Below are positions 1 to 7,085 of a stretch of 64,000 nucleotides of DNA, in pieces (position 1 is the stretch's first letter; the number at the start of each line of letters is the position of its first letter). Both the position numbers and the translations under genes were made by a program. The notes under the pieces were generated by a model, which ran no database searches, was not told the origin of the DNA, and saw nothing but the letters and a program-made list of their open reading frames with translations. Source of the DNA: Escherichia phage Bf23; sequence record OR083247.1; one strand, written 5' to 3'.

Positions 1-55
1 CGAACCCCCAACTTCTGGTTGGCAACCAAAAATTATACCCTTTAACTACGAACGC
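1..55 (-). tRNA. tRNA-Gly(GCC), 3' part cut by window edge
   Basis: Minus-strand fold: acceptor GCGTTCG, D-arm GTTA/AAGGGTA/TAAT, anticodon stem TTTGG/CCAGA (one G-U), loop TTGCCAA; T-loop runs off the window start. Confidence 0.5.
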
Positions 56-64
56 AAAATAAGT

Positions 65-186
65 CATTCTAGGCAGGATTCGAACCTGCTATCACTTGTG
101 CGGACTTACGAGAACCATTCTTTCACTCGAATCGAACGAGCTTCTGCCCTAGCCAAGCTGGTTTCCCCATCAACCACGCTAGAATG
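65..186 (-). ncRNA. tRNA-like element, non-canonical (about 121 nt, no encoded CCA)
   Basis: T-arm GCAGG/TTCGAAT/CCTGC at 73-89; perfect 7-bp acceptor-like pairing between 66-72 and 179-185; D-arm-like TGGT..ACCA; no canonical anticodon arm found. Confidence 0.3.
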
Positions 187-307
187 TTTGATTGTTTTCA
201 GTGCAAGAGTCCGAGTCTTGGACACGACCGCTTCGCAAGTACATAGGCAGCTTATCATGAGTCAGCACTTCCGAATTGCTAGCTCCGTGTTCTGCACTGA
301 AATTTTA

Positions 308-655
308 TTAGTTTAACCGTAAAGTATTATCTACTTCACCATTAATTGTTCGGCATTCCTCTGGGATTGTCGGAGTGGCCTTGTATTCCCACCACTCAGC
401 ACCGTCATACTCCCCACGTTCTAGCCAAGTTCCATCGGCAAACCATACATTACCATAAAGTAATTGTCCACCGTATCCAGAATCATATTCAAAGTCTAGG
501 TTATTAAGAAAATCCTCAATATCTTCTTCTGTATAGCCTAAAGGTAGTACCCAAACTTTTTTATCCCCATAATACCCGAATTCTATTTTAATACACTTAA
601 CTTCAGAATTAGTATTTTTTAAGGCAAGTAACAACTCTTCTTTGGCATTACGCAT
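308..655 (-). CDS. hypothetical protein (115 aa)
   Basis: ORF on the same strand as neighbouring early genes; no recognised motif. Confidence 0.45.
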   Translation of the reverse strand: MRNAKEELLLALKNTNSEVKCIKIEFGYYGDKKVWVLPLGYTEEDIEDFLNNLDFEYDSGYGGQLLYGNVWFADGTWLERGEYDGAEWWEYKATPTIPEECRTINGEVDNTLRLN

Positions 656-680
656 AGTATATTCTCATACTGAATTATTT

Positions 681-757
681 TGGCGCGACCGATGGGATTT
701 GAACCCACATTCTCTCCCGTGACAGGGGAGTACCATTACCAAGCCAGCCCCGGTCGC
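681..757 (-). tRNA. tRNA-Asp(GTC)
   Basis: Acceptor GCGACCG/CGGTCGC, anticodon stem CTCCC/GGGAG, loop CTGTCAC, T-arm GTGGG/TTCAAAT/CCCAT, discriminator G, CCA encoded (TGG at 681-683 on plus). Confidence 0.8.
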
Positions 758-766
758 ATAATTTAT

Positions 767-952
767 TTACTCAGCTTTGAGTTTTTCAATAGCTGCATTA
801 AGTTCTTTAAGAAACTCTTTTCGTACATTAAGACGATTGAGACTTACTAGTATATCATGTTTAAGTTCTTCGATGTATTTCTTCTCAACTTCAATATTGT
901 TGATAGTGCTATCACGATGAACCTCTAGCTGTGCAATTACGTTCTTAGACAT
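767..952 (-). CDS. hypothetical small coiled-coil protein (61 aa)
   Basis: ORF track; charged heptad-like sequence. Confidence 0.35.
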   Translation of the reverse strand: MSKNVIAQLEVHRDSTINNIEVEKKYIEELKHDILVSLNRLNVRKEFLKELNAAIEKLKAE

Positions 953-1054
953 ACTTATTTCCTCAGTTATTAATGAAAATGGTATCTGTGGCTGAATTCG
1001 ATGTCAGCAATGATAGCTGGTTGGCTACCGGTTTACTTAACTCTACACAGAATT

Positions 1055-1132
1055 TGGCGGTTCCTGCTGGATTCGAACCAGCAACCCTCAACTTAACAAG
1101 ATGCCGCTCTAACCAATTAGAGCTAAGGAACC
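1055..1132 (-). tRNA. tRNA-Asn(GTT)
   Basis: Acceptor GGTTCCT/AGGAACC, D-arm GCTC..GAGC, loop TTGTTAA, T-arm GCTGG/TTCGAAT/CCAGC, discriminator G, CCA encoded; anticodon stem has mismatches (3 of 5 pairs). Confidence 0.6.
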
Positions 1133-1627
1133 ATATAAGTCAGAACTAGAGTTAATACGTTCTAGATATTTACTAAGATCTCTAGAATTTATACTAAACC
1201 ACTCATGTTCTTTTAAATCTTTGAAATACTGGTGAATTAGTTTTTCACCTTTTCGTTTGTCAAACCAAAAAGACCAATGCTCTAACTTATAATCCCTATA
1301 AGGGGAATAAGTCTGATATTGAGCTAATCTCTCTTTTGGATTTTGACTCATGCCTATTTTATACTGATTTTTCCATGCAGGATTACTAATACAGTATACA
1401 AAACCTTCAGAAATAGGAAGTTTATTTTCCTGCTTAAACTTTATAAAGGAAAGTGCAGCAAGTTTTCTCGAATACATAGTATTTGTATTCTTTTTGGTAT
1501 TACCATTGGTTCCTGAAAGATTTATATATTCTTCCATAAATCTTTGGATTAGTTCTGCAGTTATATAGAAGGGCTCATTAGTAACAACGCCTTTCTTTAC
1601 CAAACTATCAAAAACTTTTGTATGCAC
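1109..1627 (-). CDS. GIY-YIG / T5orf172-like domain protein (172 aa)
   Basis: Motif GFVYCISNP..YKIGMSQNP..RLAQYQT matches the GIY-YIG-like T5orf172 pattern; 3' end overlaps tRNA-Asn by about 24 nt. Confidence 0.55.
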   Translation of the reverse strand: MHTKVFDSLVKKGVVTNEPFYITAELIQRFMEEYINLSGTNGNTKKNTNTMYSRKLAALSFIKFKQENKLPISEGFVYCISNPAWKNQYKIGMSQNPKERLAQYQTYSPYRDYKLEHWSFWFDKRKGEKLIHQYFKDLKEHEWFSINSRDLSKYLERINSSSDLYGSLALIG

Positions 1628-1648
1628 TACGCCTTTCCTTTAGTAATT

Positions 1649-1724
1649 TGGACGACCGCATGAGATTTGAACTCACATAAAAAGGATTTGCAATCCTTCG
1701 CCTAAGCCATTCAGCCAACGGTCG
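1649..1724 (-). tRNA. tRNA-Cys(GCA)
   Basis: Anticodon stem AAGGA/TCCTT, loop TTGCAAA, T-arm GTGAG/TTCAAAT/CTCAT, acceptor 7 bp with one G-U, discriminator U73 (Cys identity element), CCA encoded. Confidence 0.8.
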
Positions 1725-1902
1725 ATTTATCTTGTTTTTCGAGATCTTCAAATTCTAAATCATTGAAGTTCCCTAGAGTACGGGAGTAGAACCCGTCTCC
1801 TGCGTCATAGCCTGATTTGCCACAATCACACATTTTAAATTCACGAAGATGTGTAAAAACATGTTCAGAACCACAACACTTAAATCTAACTAATCGTTTC
1901 AT
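1711..1902 (-). CDS. small Cys-rich protein, possible zinc ribbon (63 aa)
   Basis: CC..H..C.C spacing in the translated ORF; stop overlaps the tRNA-Cys 5' end. Confidence 0.4.
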   Translation of the reverse strand: MKRLVRFKCCGSEHVFTHLREFKMCDCGKSGYDAGDGFYSRTLGNFNDLEFEDLEKQDKSTVG

Positions 1903-1931
1903 TAGCTTCTCCAGTTCAATTTATGTAATTA

Positions 1932-2240
1932 TTATATAGAACTTTTGGAAACTAAGCAACTACATTTTTTTAAGAATTTGATGCCTTTCTTTTTCTTCTT
2001 ATATTTCCACGTTAATGGATTTTGTCGATTATGAACGCTTGAGATCTTTGTCTCGTCAAAGTTCTTCAATATCATGTAATCACAGGATAATTGTTTTAGT
2101 GGAATGTGATCCCCGTCAAAAGCGTATACATAAGGCTGTTGACTAGCACGATAATGATAGACTTTGTTAATTCTACGTTTCAGCGACTTATCCGCACAGT
2201 AAATAAAGAAGTTTTCAGGATGCACTAGCATCTCCTTCAA
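1932..2240 (-). CDS. hypothetical protein (102 aa)
   Basis: ORF track; lysine-rich C-terminus. Confidence 0.4.
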   Translation of the reverse strand: MKEMLVHPENFFIYCADKSLKRRINKVYHYRASQQPYVYAFDGDHIPLKQLSCDYMILKNFDETKISSVHNRQNPLTWKYKKKKKGIKFLKKCSCLVSKSSI

Positions 2241-2242
2241 TT

Positions 2243-2317
2243 TGGTGCACCCTGTTCGAATTGAACGAACCTCTCAAGCTCTTCAGGCAAGCGCTAATCC
2301 ATCTCAGCTAAAGGTGC
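2243..2317 (-). tRNA. tRNA-Phe(GAA)
   Basis: Acceptor GCACCTT/AGGGTGC (one G-U), D-stem GCTG/TAGC, loop CTGAAGA, T-arm GTTCG/TTCAATT/CGAAC, discriminator A73, CCA encoded; anticodon stem carries two U-U mismatches. Confidence 0.55.
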
Positions 2318-2323
2318 AAATTT

Positions 2324-2394
2324 TGGCAGGGGTAAAGGTATTCGAAACCTTTTCATGGGTTTTGTAGGCCCATTTGCAACCTATGCGTACCCCA
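2324..2394 (-). tRNA. tRNA-like gene, anticodon unassigned (short, possibly degenerate)
   Basis: CCA encoded, T-arm AAGGT/TTCGAAT/ACCTT, 6-bp acceptor GGGGTA/TACCCC; middle region only 35 nt and no canonical 7-nt anticodon loop resolved. Confidence 0.35.
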
Positions 2395-2403
2395 ATTGTT
2401 AAT

Positions 2404-2480
2404 TGGCGTCCTGTGCGGGGATCGAACCCGCAAACCCTACCTTGAAAGGGTAGTGACTTTACCCGTTTGTCTAACAGGAC
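2404..2480 (-). tRNA. tRNA-Glu(TTC)
   Basis: Perfect acceptor GTCCTGT/ACAGGAC, anticodon stem CTACC/GGTAG, loop CTTTCAA, T-arm GCGGG/TTCGATC/CCCGC, discriminator G, CCA encoded. Confidence 0.8.
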
Positions 2481-2486
2481 TTAAAT

Positions 2487-2574
2487 TGGTAGGGGAGGAT
2501 GGAGTCGAACCACCCGAGTCGCAATGACAACTAATTTACAGTCAGCTCTGCTACCACTTACAGAATACTCCCCC
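2487..2574 (-). tRNA. tRNA-Tyr(GTA), type II with long variable arm
   Basis: Anticodon loop CTGTAAA with stem GCTGA/TTAGT (two G-U), variable arm about 15 nt, T-arm GGTGG/TTCGACT/CCATC, discriminator A73, CCA encoded; 88 nt. Confidence 0.65.
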
Positions 2575-2699
2575 ATATTTGAATGAAAAGTAAGTCGGTT
2601 AAACTCAAGGTGGAATATTTCAGGATTTCCTGACTTTACCCCTCAAAGCAGCTCGCTTAGTTACTTCTCATTCAGATATGTTTTCCAAATTAGATAACT

Positions 2700-2728
2700 A
2701 TTATACCAAGTTTTAGGGCACTGAGCAA
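2700..2728 (-). promoter_or_regulatory. sigma70-type promoter reading into the tRNA cluster (-35 TTGCTC, 17-nt spacer, -10 TATAAT)
   Basis: Hexamers read on the minus strand immediately upstream of tRNA-Tyr. Confidence 0.5.
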
Positions 2729-2756
2729 GTCAGATTTTGAAGAACTTGCTCAGTGC
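2718..2756. terminator. 12-bp perfect hairpin GCACTGAGCAAG/CTTGCTCAGTGC downstream of ORF 2765-3040
   Basis: Inverted repeat with 15-nt loop; overlaps the -35 of the tRNA promoter; no strong U-tract, so could be a processing or attenuation structure. Confidence 0.4.
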
Positions 2757-2764
2757 TGTATTAG

Positions 2765-3040
2765 TTAGTCGAACTTAGGAGTGACAGCTAAGGAAAACGG
2801 AAGTTCAAAAATTTCTTCGCCCTCATTACTAACGGTAACTACACGACCTTTAAGTTCAGACATTGAAATATCAATATCAGCTTTTGCATCTGGAGCCATG
2901 CCAGCTTCAATACACTTAGCTTTAACTTCCGGTAAAAGCTCTACATTATAGAGATAGAGCCACTCAATCTCACCTTCCCAGTCTTCCCAGGATTTACAGA
3001 TTGCACTTTCAATACCAGTTGCTACAACACGATTTTGCAT
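2765..3040 (-). CDS. hypothetical protein (91 aa)
   Basis: ORF track; same-strand context. Confidence 0.5.
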   Translation of the reverse strand: MQNRVVATGIESAICKSWEDWEGEIEWLYLYNVELLPEVKAKCIEAGMAPDAKADIDISMSELKGRVVTVSNEGEEIFELPFSLAVTPKFD

Positions 3041-3130
3041 TAGTTAACTCCTTCATCAATTTATATAACTATTATATCAGAAATTTAAAGCAAAAGGCAA
3101 GTACATTTTTAAAAATTCTATTCGGAGGAG

Positions 3131-3337
3131 CTAAACTCCAGATTCTTCGGCCAAGTCTAGGCTAATAAGAGTTATAGCCATAATTGCTGCACCGTGTTCT
3201 TTTTCTCCGGTGTTTTTAGCAGAGTCTATAATATCCTTAATCTGCTCGTAATAACTTTTTACTTCTTGTTCAATGCCCGCCTCGGCTATCATGCCTTTAG
3301 TCATGAGTCGTTGCATGGTAATTTCAGGATTAGCCAT
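3131..3337 (-). CDS. hypothetical protein (68 aa)
   Basis: ORF track. Confidence 0.4.
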   Translation of the reverse strand: MANPEITMQRLMTKGMIAEAGIEQEVKSYYEQIKDIIDSAKNTGEKEHGAAIMAITLISLDLAEESGV

Positions 3338-3526
3338 GTTGTTTCTCCAGTTTCATTTTTAATAGTTTACAAATGAAGTCAATATCTTCATCTGTGCCTA
3401 AGTCTCTATCCTCAAGGGTCGCCTTGAAGTTTTTCGTCAATTCCATGAGGATGACCTCTCTAGAACGACGTGTTGGTGGCGGAGGAGATCTATACATCTT
3501 AATTCCTTAATTTGGTAGGGGTTATA

Positions 3527-4210
3527 TCATCTATTTTTCTTAATACTTTTAGGATCTTTCCCTGTTAGGGACTTATACCTTTTCCTTAATCCAGTATCAG
3601 ACAATCCTAGTTCTTTGGAGGCACGAATCCAGGAATATTTAGATACCCAGTACTCTATTTGCTCCACAGTAATATCTGGATTTATAGTTATCTCTTTAGG
3701 AGTACATGATTTACAGTGTGTTGCTCTTGAGCTAATTTCGCAGTGACAAATAGCACACGTATTTACAGTCCTTTCTGTATACCTGCCAATATTTTTGCCT
3801 GCATGAGTAGGTGTTAGTGCATGGCAATTTGGGCATAGGAGGGCTAAGTTATCCCATTCATTATTATAGTGATTTCCATCCTTATGTTCAAGTTCTAAAG
3901 GAATTGGTTTATCTAACCAACTTTCTAAGCCACAACTCTCACATTTATGTGGTTTTAGCCCCTCGTTAAGAATTTTATTCTTTAGTTTATAGGAAGAAAT
4001 AGGGCTGCCGTTATATAAATACTCTGTTGCAGACTTATATTTATTATCATACTGCCTATTCGCAGGAATAACTACTATTCCTAGTTTTCCTAAATATGCT
4101 TCCAAAGTGTTCGAGGAGCAGGATAGCATTCTTGCTATCTCTGCTTTAGATTTTCCCTGAGCTATCCACTGAGCTATTTCTTCCTTTCTATCTAGTATAT
4201 CAGTTCTCAT
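3527..4210 (-). CDS. HNH homing endonuclease (227 aa) with N-terminal HTH
   Basis: HNH core ELEHKDGNHYNNEWDNLALLCPNCHA plus additional Cys clusters; free-standing gene beside the tRNA cluster. Confidence 0.75.
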   Translation of the reverse strand: MRTDILDRKEEIAQWIAQGKSKAEIARMLSCSSNTLEAYLGKLGIVVIPANRQYDNKYKSATEYLYNGSPISSYKLKNKILNEGLKPHKCESCGLESWLDKPIPLELEHKDGNHYNNEWDNLALLCPNCHALTPTHAGKNIGRYTERTVNTCAICHCEISSRATHCKSCTPKEITINPDITVEQIEYWVSKYSWIRASKELGLSDTGLRKRYKSLTGKDPKSIKKNR

Positions 4211-4233
4211 AGTTTATGACTTTATAATTAAGT

Positions 4234-4272
4234 TGGTGGCTCCCCGAGGATTCGAACCTACATCTTCCACCA
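4234..4272 (-). ncRNA. tRNA-like minihelix (T-arm-like hairpin with encoded CCA)
   Basis: TGG, then stem TGGTGG/CCACCA enclosing a GGATTCGAACC T-loop motif; no partner acceptor strand or anticodon arm found; lies in the ORF-free 4211-4568 region. Confidence 0.3.
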
Positions 4273-4531
4273 GTTACGGCTTGATAATACCAATTATACT
4301 AGGACGGCAGTGTTACTACATAAGTGATTTCCACACCCCACTATTTATAAATTAGAGAAGAGTTTAGGGGAGAGGTTTCAGACGCCCCATTTTATACGTT
4401 CTAGCCACTAACCGGGATTGCCGCCCCCTGTGTACTAGTTTTACAACTAACCCACCGACTCTATTCAGTGCACTCCGGTTGGGATTCTGCACTCAGCGTA
4501 ATCGGCTCGCTGTTCCCTAATTTATGAATAT

Positions 4532-4560
4532 ATTATACAGAATTTATAAGCATTTAGCAA
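4532..4560 (-). promoter_or_regulatory. early promoter (-35 TTGCTA, 17-nt spacer, -10 TATAAT)
   Basis: Consensus hexamers on the minus strand inside an AT-rich block. Confidence 0.6.
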
Positions 4561-4568
4561 ATGAATTT

Positions 4569-5003
4569 TTAGAAAAATTCACTAGCGATCAAAGCAGTTG
4601 TTTTACCGTCATAACGTCCAGGAAATTCTGCCTTAATAGTTTTCATTAATAGAGCTTTGGTAATACCTGGGTTTAATTTAACCAGTTCTGCAAAATACTC
4701 ACGAATTTCAGTTTCAGTCAGTTGACTTGGCTGATACTCTTGCAGCATGGAATAAAGCAGTTGCTCATAGTCCACATCAGTAGGAACTTTCGTACCAACT
4801 TTAATGGCGCGCTGTTTTGCATTTTCTAGAGCCTTAATCTGAGCTTTCAGATAGGCTACAAACTCGATTCGAGTAACAATGTCTTTATCAATACGTTGCA
4901 GGTCGCCAATCATGGTCTGAAGATTAAGTGCCCGCTCTTTATCACCGTGAGTACGTGCTAGACTAAGCAGTCCACGAAGGGTCATTAGGATATTTTCACC
5001 CAT
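4569..5003 (-). CDS. hypothetical protein (144 aa)
   Basis: ORF track. Confidence 0.5.
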   Translation of the reverse strand: MGENILMTLRGLLSLARTHGDKERALNLQTMIGDLQRIDKDIVTRIEFVAYLKAQIKALENAKQRAIKVGTKVPTDVDYEQLLYSMLQEYQPSQLTETEIREYFAELVKLNPGITKALLMKTIKAEFPGRYDGKTTALIASEFF

Positions 5004-5169
5004 TATTTCATCCCCAATGCTTGGTTAAAAGATTGTTCTGTCATAACTGCTGAGACTTTGGCGAAATCAAACTTTTTAGGGTTCGTAGTGATCTCAGCAA
5101 CGTTGGAAGTTTTAACAGTTTTCGTAGTACGAATACCGCGAGTGTTAACACCAATGACGATCAAGTTCT

Positions 5170-5859
5170 TCATAAACTACCCCCTTTCTGTACTATTGTG
5201 GCCCCCTCTTTCAAGAGGAATTCTTCTGCCTCTTCGGGGGAAATATTAAAGTATTCAGTAGATCCAGCAAATCCACTATAACCACAATTATGACTTTTAA
5301 AATACATATGTGCCTTCTTCTCTAAAGCAAGGGTTTCTGATTTAGAAGAGCTACCATATGTATAGTGGCCATAATACTTAGCTGTGGGATCCCCGGATGC
5401 AGTAATCAAATCCCTTAACCTACGAGCAGGAGAATTAGTAATTCCTATTTTTGTACCTAATGAACTAGTTATTATATAAAGTATCCCACCATCGCTCCAT
5501 ATATTGGAGCACTCAGGGCATCTATTACCCATATTTTTTATGGCACTAAAAGTGGTAATCCATACATGCCCCTTACTACAAGTAAGTTGTAGCTTAGAGT
5601 TATTATTTATATATTTGGTAATGGTGTAATATCCTAAACTACGCAAATATTCAGATACTTGTTCTTGAGTGTACCTAACATTTCCATAGCAGTAGGGACA
5701 ACCTCTTCCGTTCCTAATATTATTTAGGGTAGCATTAAAAACATGTCCATAGGTGCAACAGAACTGCATTTTAGTCCTAGTATTAGTATACTTATCATTA
5801 GTGAATAAGCCTCTACTAACTAGGTAACTCTCTACTTCTTCTTGTGTTAATTTTTTCAT
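5170..5859 (-). CDS. T5orf172 / GIY-YIG-like domain protein with N-terminal tandem zinc-ribbon repeats (229 aa)
   Basis: Two repeats of C..GH..(N20)..CP(Y/E)C followed by GGILYIIT..KIGITNSPARRLRDL. Confidence 0.55.
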   Translation of the reverse strand: MKKLTQEEVESYLVSRGLFTNDKYTNTRTKMQFCCTYGHVFNATLNNIRNGRGCPYCYGNVRYTQEQVSEYLRSLGYYTITKYINNNSKLQLTCSKGHVWITTFSAIKNMGNRCPECSNIWSDGGILYIITSSLGTKIGITNSPARRLRDLITASGDPTAKYYGHYTYGSSSKSETLALEKKAHMYFKSHNCGYSGFAGSTEYFNISPEEAEEFLLKEGATIVQKGGSL

Positions 5860-5870
5860 TTAATAAATTT

Positions 5871-6338
5871 TTAAGTTTTAGTGACAACAGGTTTATAAAA
5901 CGTATGTCCCTTAATCTTAGTTGTTTTCTTAAACTTCTTTGTCCAGTAAGGTTTATCTTTACCACTATGGAAGTATAAAGCTCCATGTGTAGGATCTTGT
6001 GGTAAATCAACGTAGTATATCACTCTAGCTAAATTCTTGGCGGTTTGCCAAGCCTCATCGGTTTTATCAACTTTTGGCCTCTTAGATACCCAAGAGAACT
6101 GGTTAGACTGATATACTACTTTACAGTAGGAATCTGGAAATTTGCCGGAGTTTACACGGTTTTTAGTAACATGTGCAATCGCCGTCATTCCCTTTATGCC
6201 CTCACCACGACTTTCGAAATAGATATTTTTAGCAATGCAATCTATTTCTTTTGCATCGTGCGATGCCTGACTACTAAAGCTGAAGGTAAGGGCAGCTACT
6301 AAAAGCAAAGCTGCCTTCATTCGTTTTACTCCTGCCAA
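5871..6338 (-). CDS. secreted SleB/CwlJ-like cell-wall hydrolase (155 aa)
   Basis: N-terminal signal peptide (hydrophobic LLLVAALTFSFSSQA), then IYFESRGEG..G..AIAHVTKNR resembling the Hydrolase_2 core. Confidence 0.5.
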   Translation of the reverse strand: MAGVKRMKAALLLVAALTFSFSSQASHDAKEIDCIAKNIYFESRGEGIKGMTAIAHVTKNRVNSGKFPDSYCKVVYQSNQFSWVSKRPKVDKTDEAWQTAKNLARVIYYVDLPQDPTHGALYFHSGKDKPYWTKKFKKTTKIKGHTFYKPVVTKT

Positions 6339-6643
6339 TCGTATTCAATACGATTAGGGTTTTCTTTGTACCCCAAGTCAAGCAAATCATTACGCATAGT
6401 TTGCTTAGCTACGGGATTCGAGGTTACTAGTACCACTTTCTTTGGTCTCTGCCCAAATTCTAAGAGTAAACGAAGAATTTGATAACCTTCCATACCATCT
6501 ACAGCCAAATCGTTATCGAAATAAACAAAATGGCCAGTGGTATCAGTCTTATTCAGAAACTCAACAGCGGCTTCTGGGGTTCGAATGATAATGTCCATTC
6601 CGTGAAGATTACGCACATCATCAATCAAAATGTGAAAAGTCAT
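6326..6643 (-). CDS. CheY-like receiver (REC) domain-like protein (105 aa)
   Basis: HILIDDV .. FDNDL..DGMEGYQILRLL .. VVLVTSN pattern resembles receiver-domain acidic pocket, phosphoacceptor and T/S positions. Confidence 0.4.
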   Translation of the reverse strand: MTFHILIDDVRNLHGMDIIIRTPEAAVEFLNKTDTTGHFVYFDNDLAVDGMEGYQILRLLLEFGQRPKKVVLVTSNPVAKQTMRNDLLDLGYKENPNRIEYDWQE

Positions 6644-6673
6644 AATAGCCTCGTTTCATCAATTTAAAAATAT

Positions 6674-6702
6674 ATTATACAGAGAACTTAATAAATTAGC
6701 AA
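6674..6702 (-). promoter_or_regulatory. early promoter (-35 TTGCTA, 17-nt spacer, -10 TATAAT)
   Basis: Consensus hexamers upstream of the 6326-6643 gene. Confidence 0.6.
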
Positions 6703-7085
6703 ATACATTTTTAAATTGTGAAACTAGTAAACCGATAAACAGCCTAGAGGCGCCACAGGCCATATCTTACGAGCCATGTACCTTTGATCTAGGGTTTGAA
6801 TCATCAACGAATACTTTGCATCTTTTAGCTTTAGAAGTTTAGAAGTTTGAGTTCTTTAAACTTTTCAGCTTTCATACTTAAATGTTGATCTTTGAAGTTG
6901 TGTCGGTAATATCAACGACTCTTTGTTTTTACGTGTCAGATTAAATGTCTGATGTAATAAACATAATCTCCAATAGATTATACTTTATAGTATGGTTAGC
7001 GGTCTTATTTAACCTCGTATTTCAACCGCTGCTGCGAGGTAAGATGCTTGGGCTTTCGTCTACCGATTTACTAGCTTTTAAATTA

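Noticed and set aside
65-186. Reading the 121-nt element as a canonical tRNA, or as two adjacent tRNAs
   Set aside because: No anticodon stem-loop with U33/R37 could be placed. A second T-arm-like motif at 125-139 gives only 5 of 7 acceptor pairs. So it is reported only as a tRNA-like ncRNA candidate.
98-316. 72-aa plus-strand ORF
   Set aside because: It overlaps the tRNA-like element and tRNA-rich region, has no RBS, and lies on the strand opposite to all local genes.
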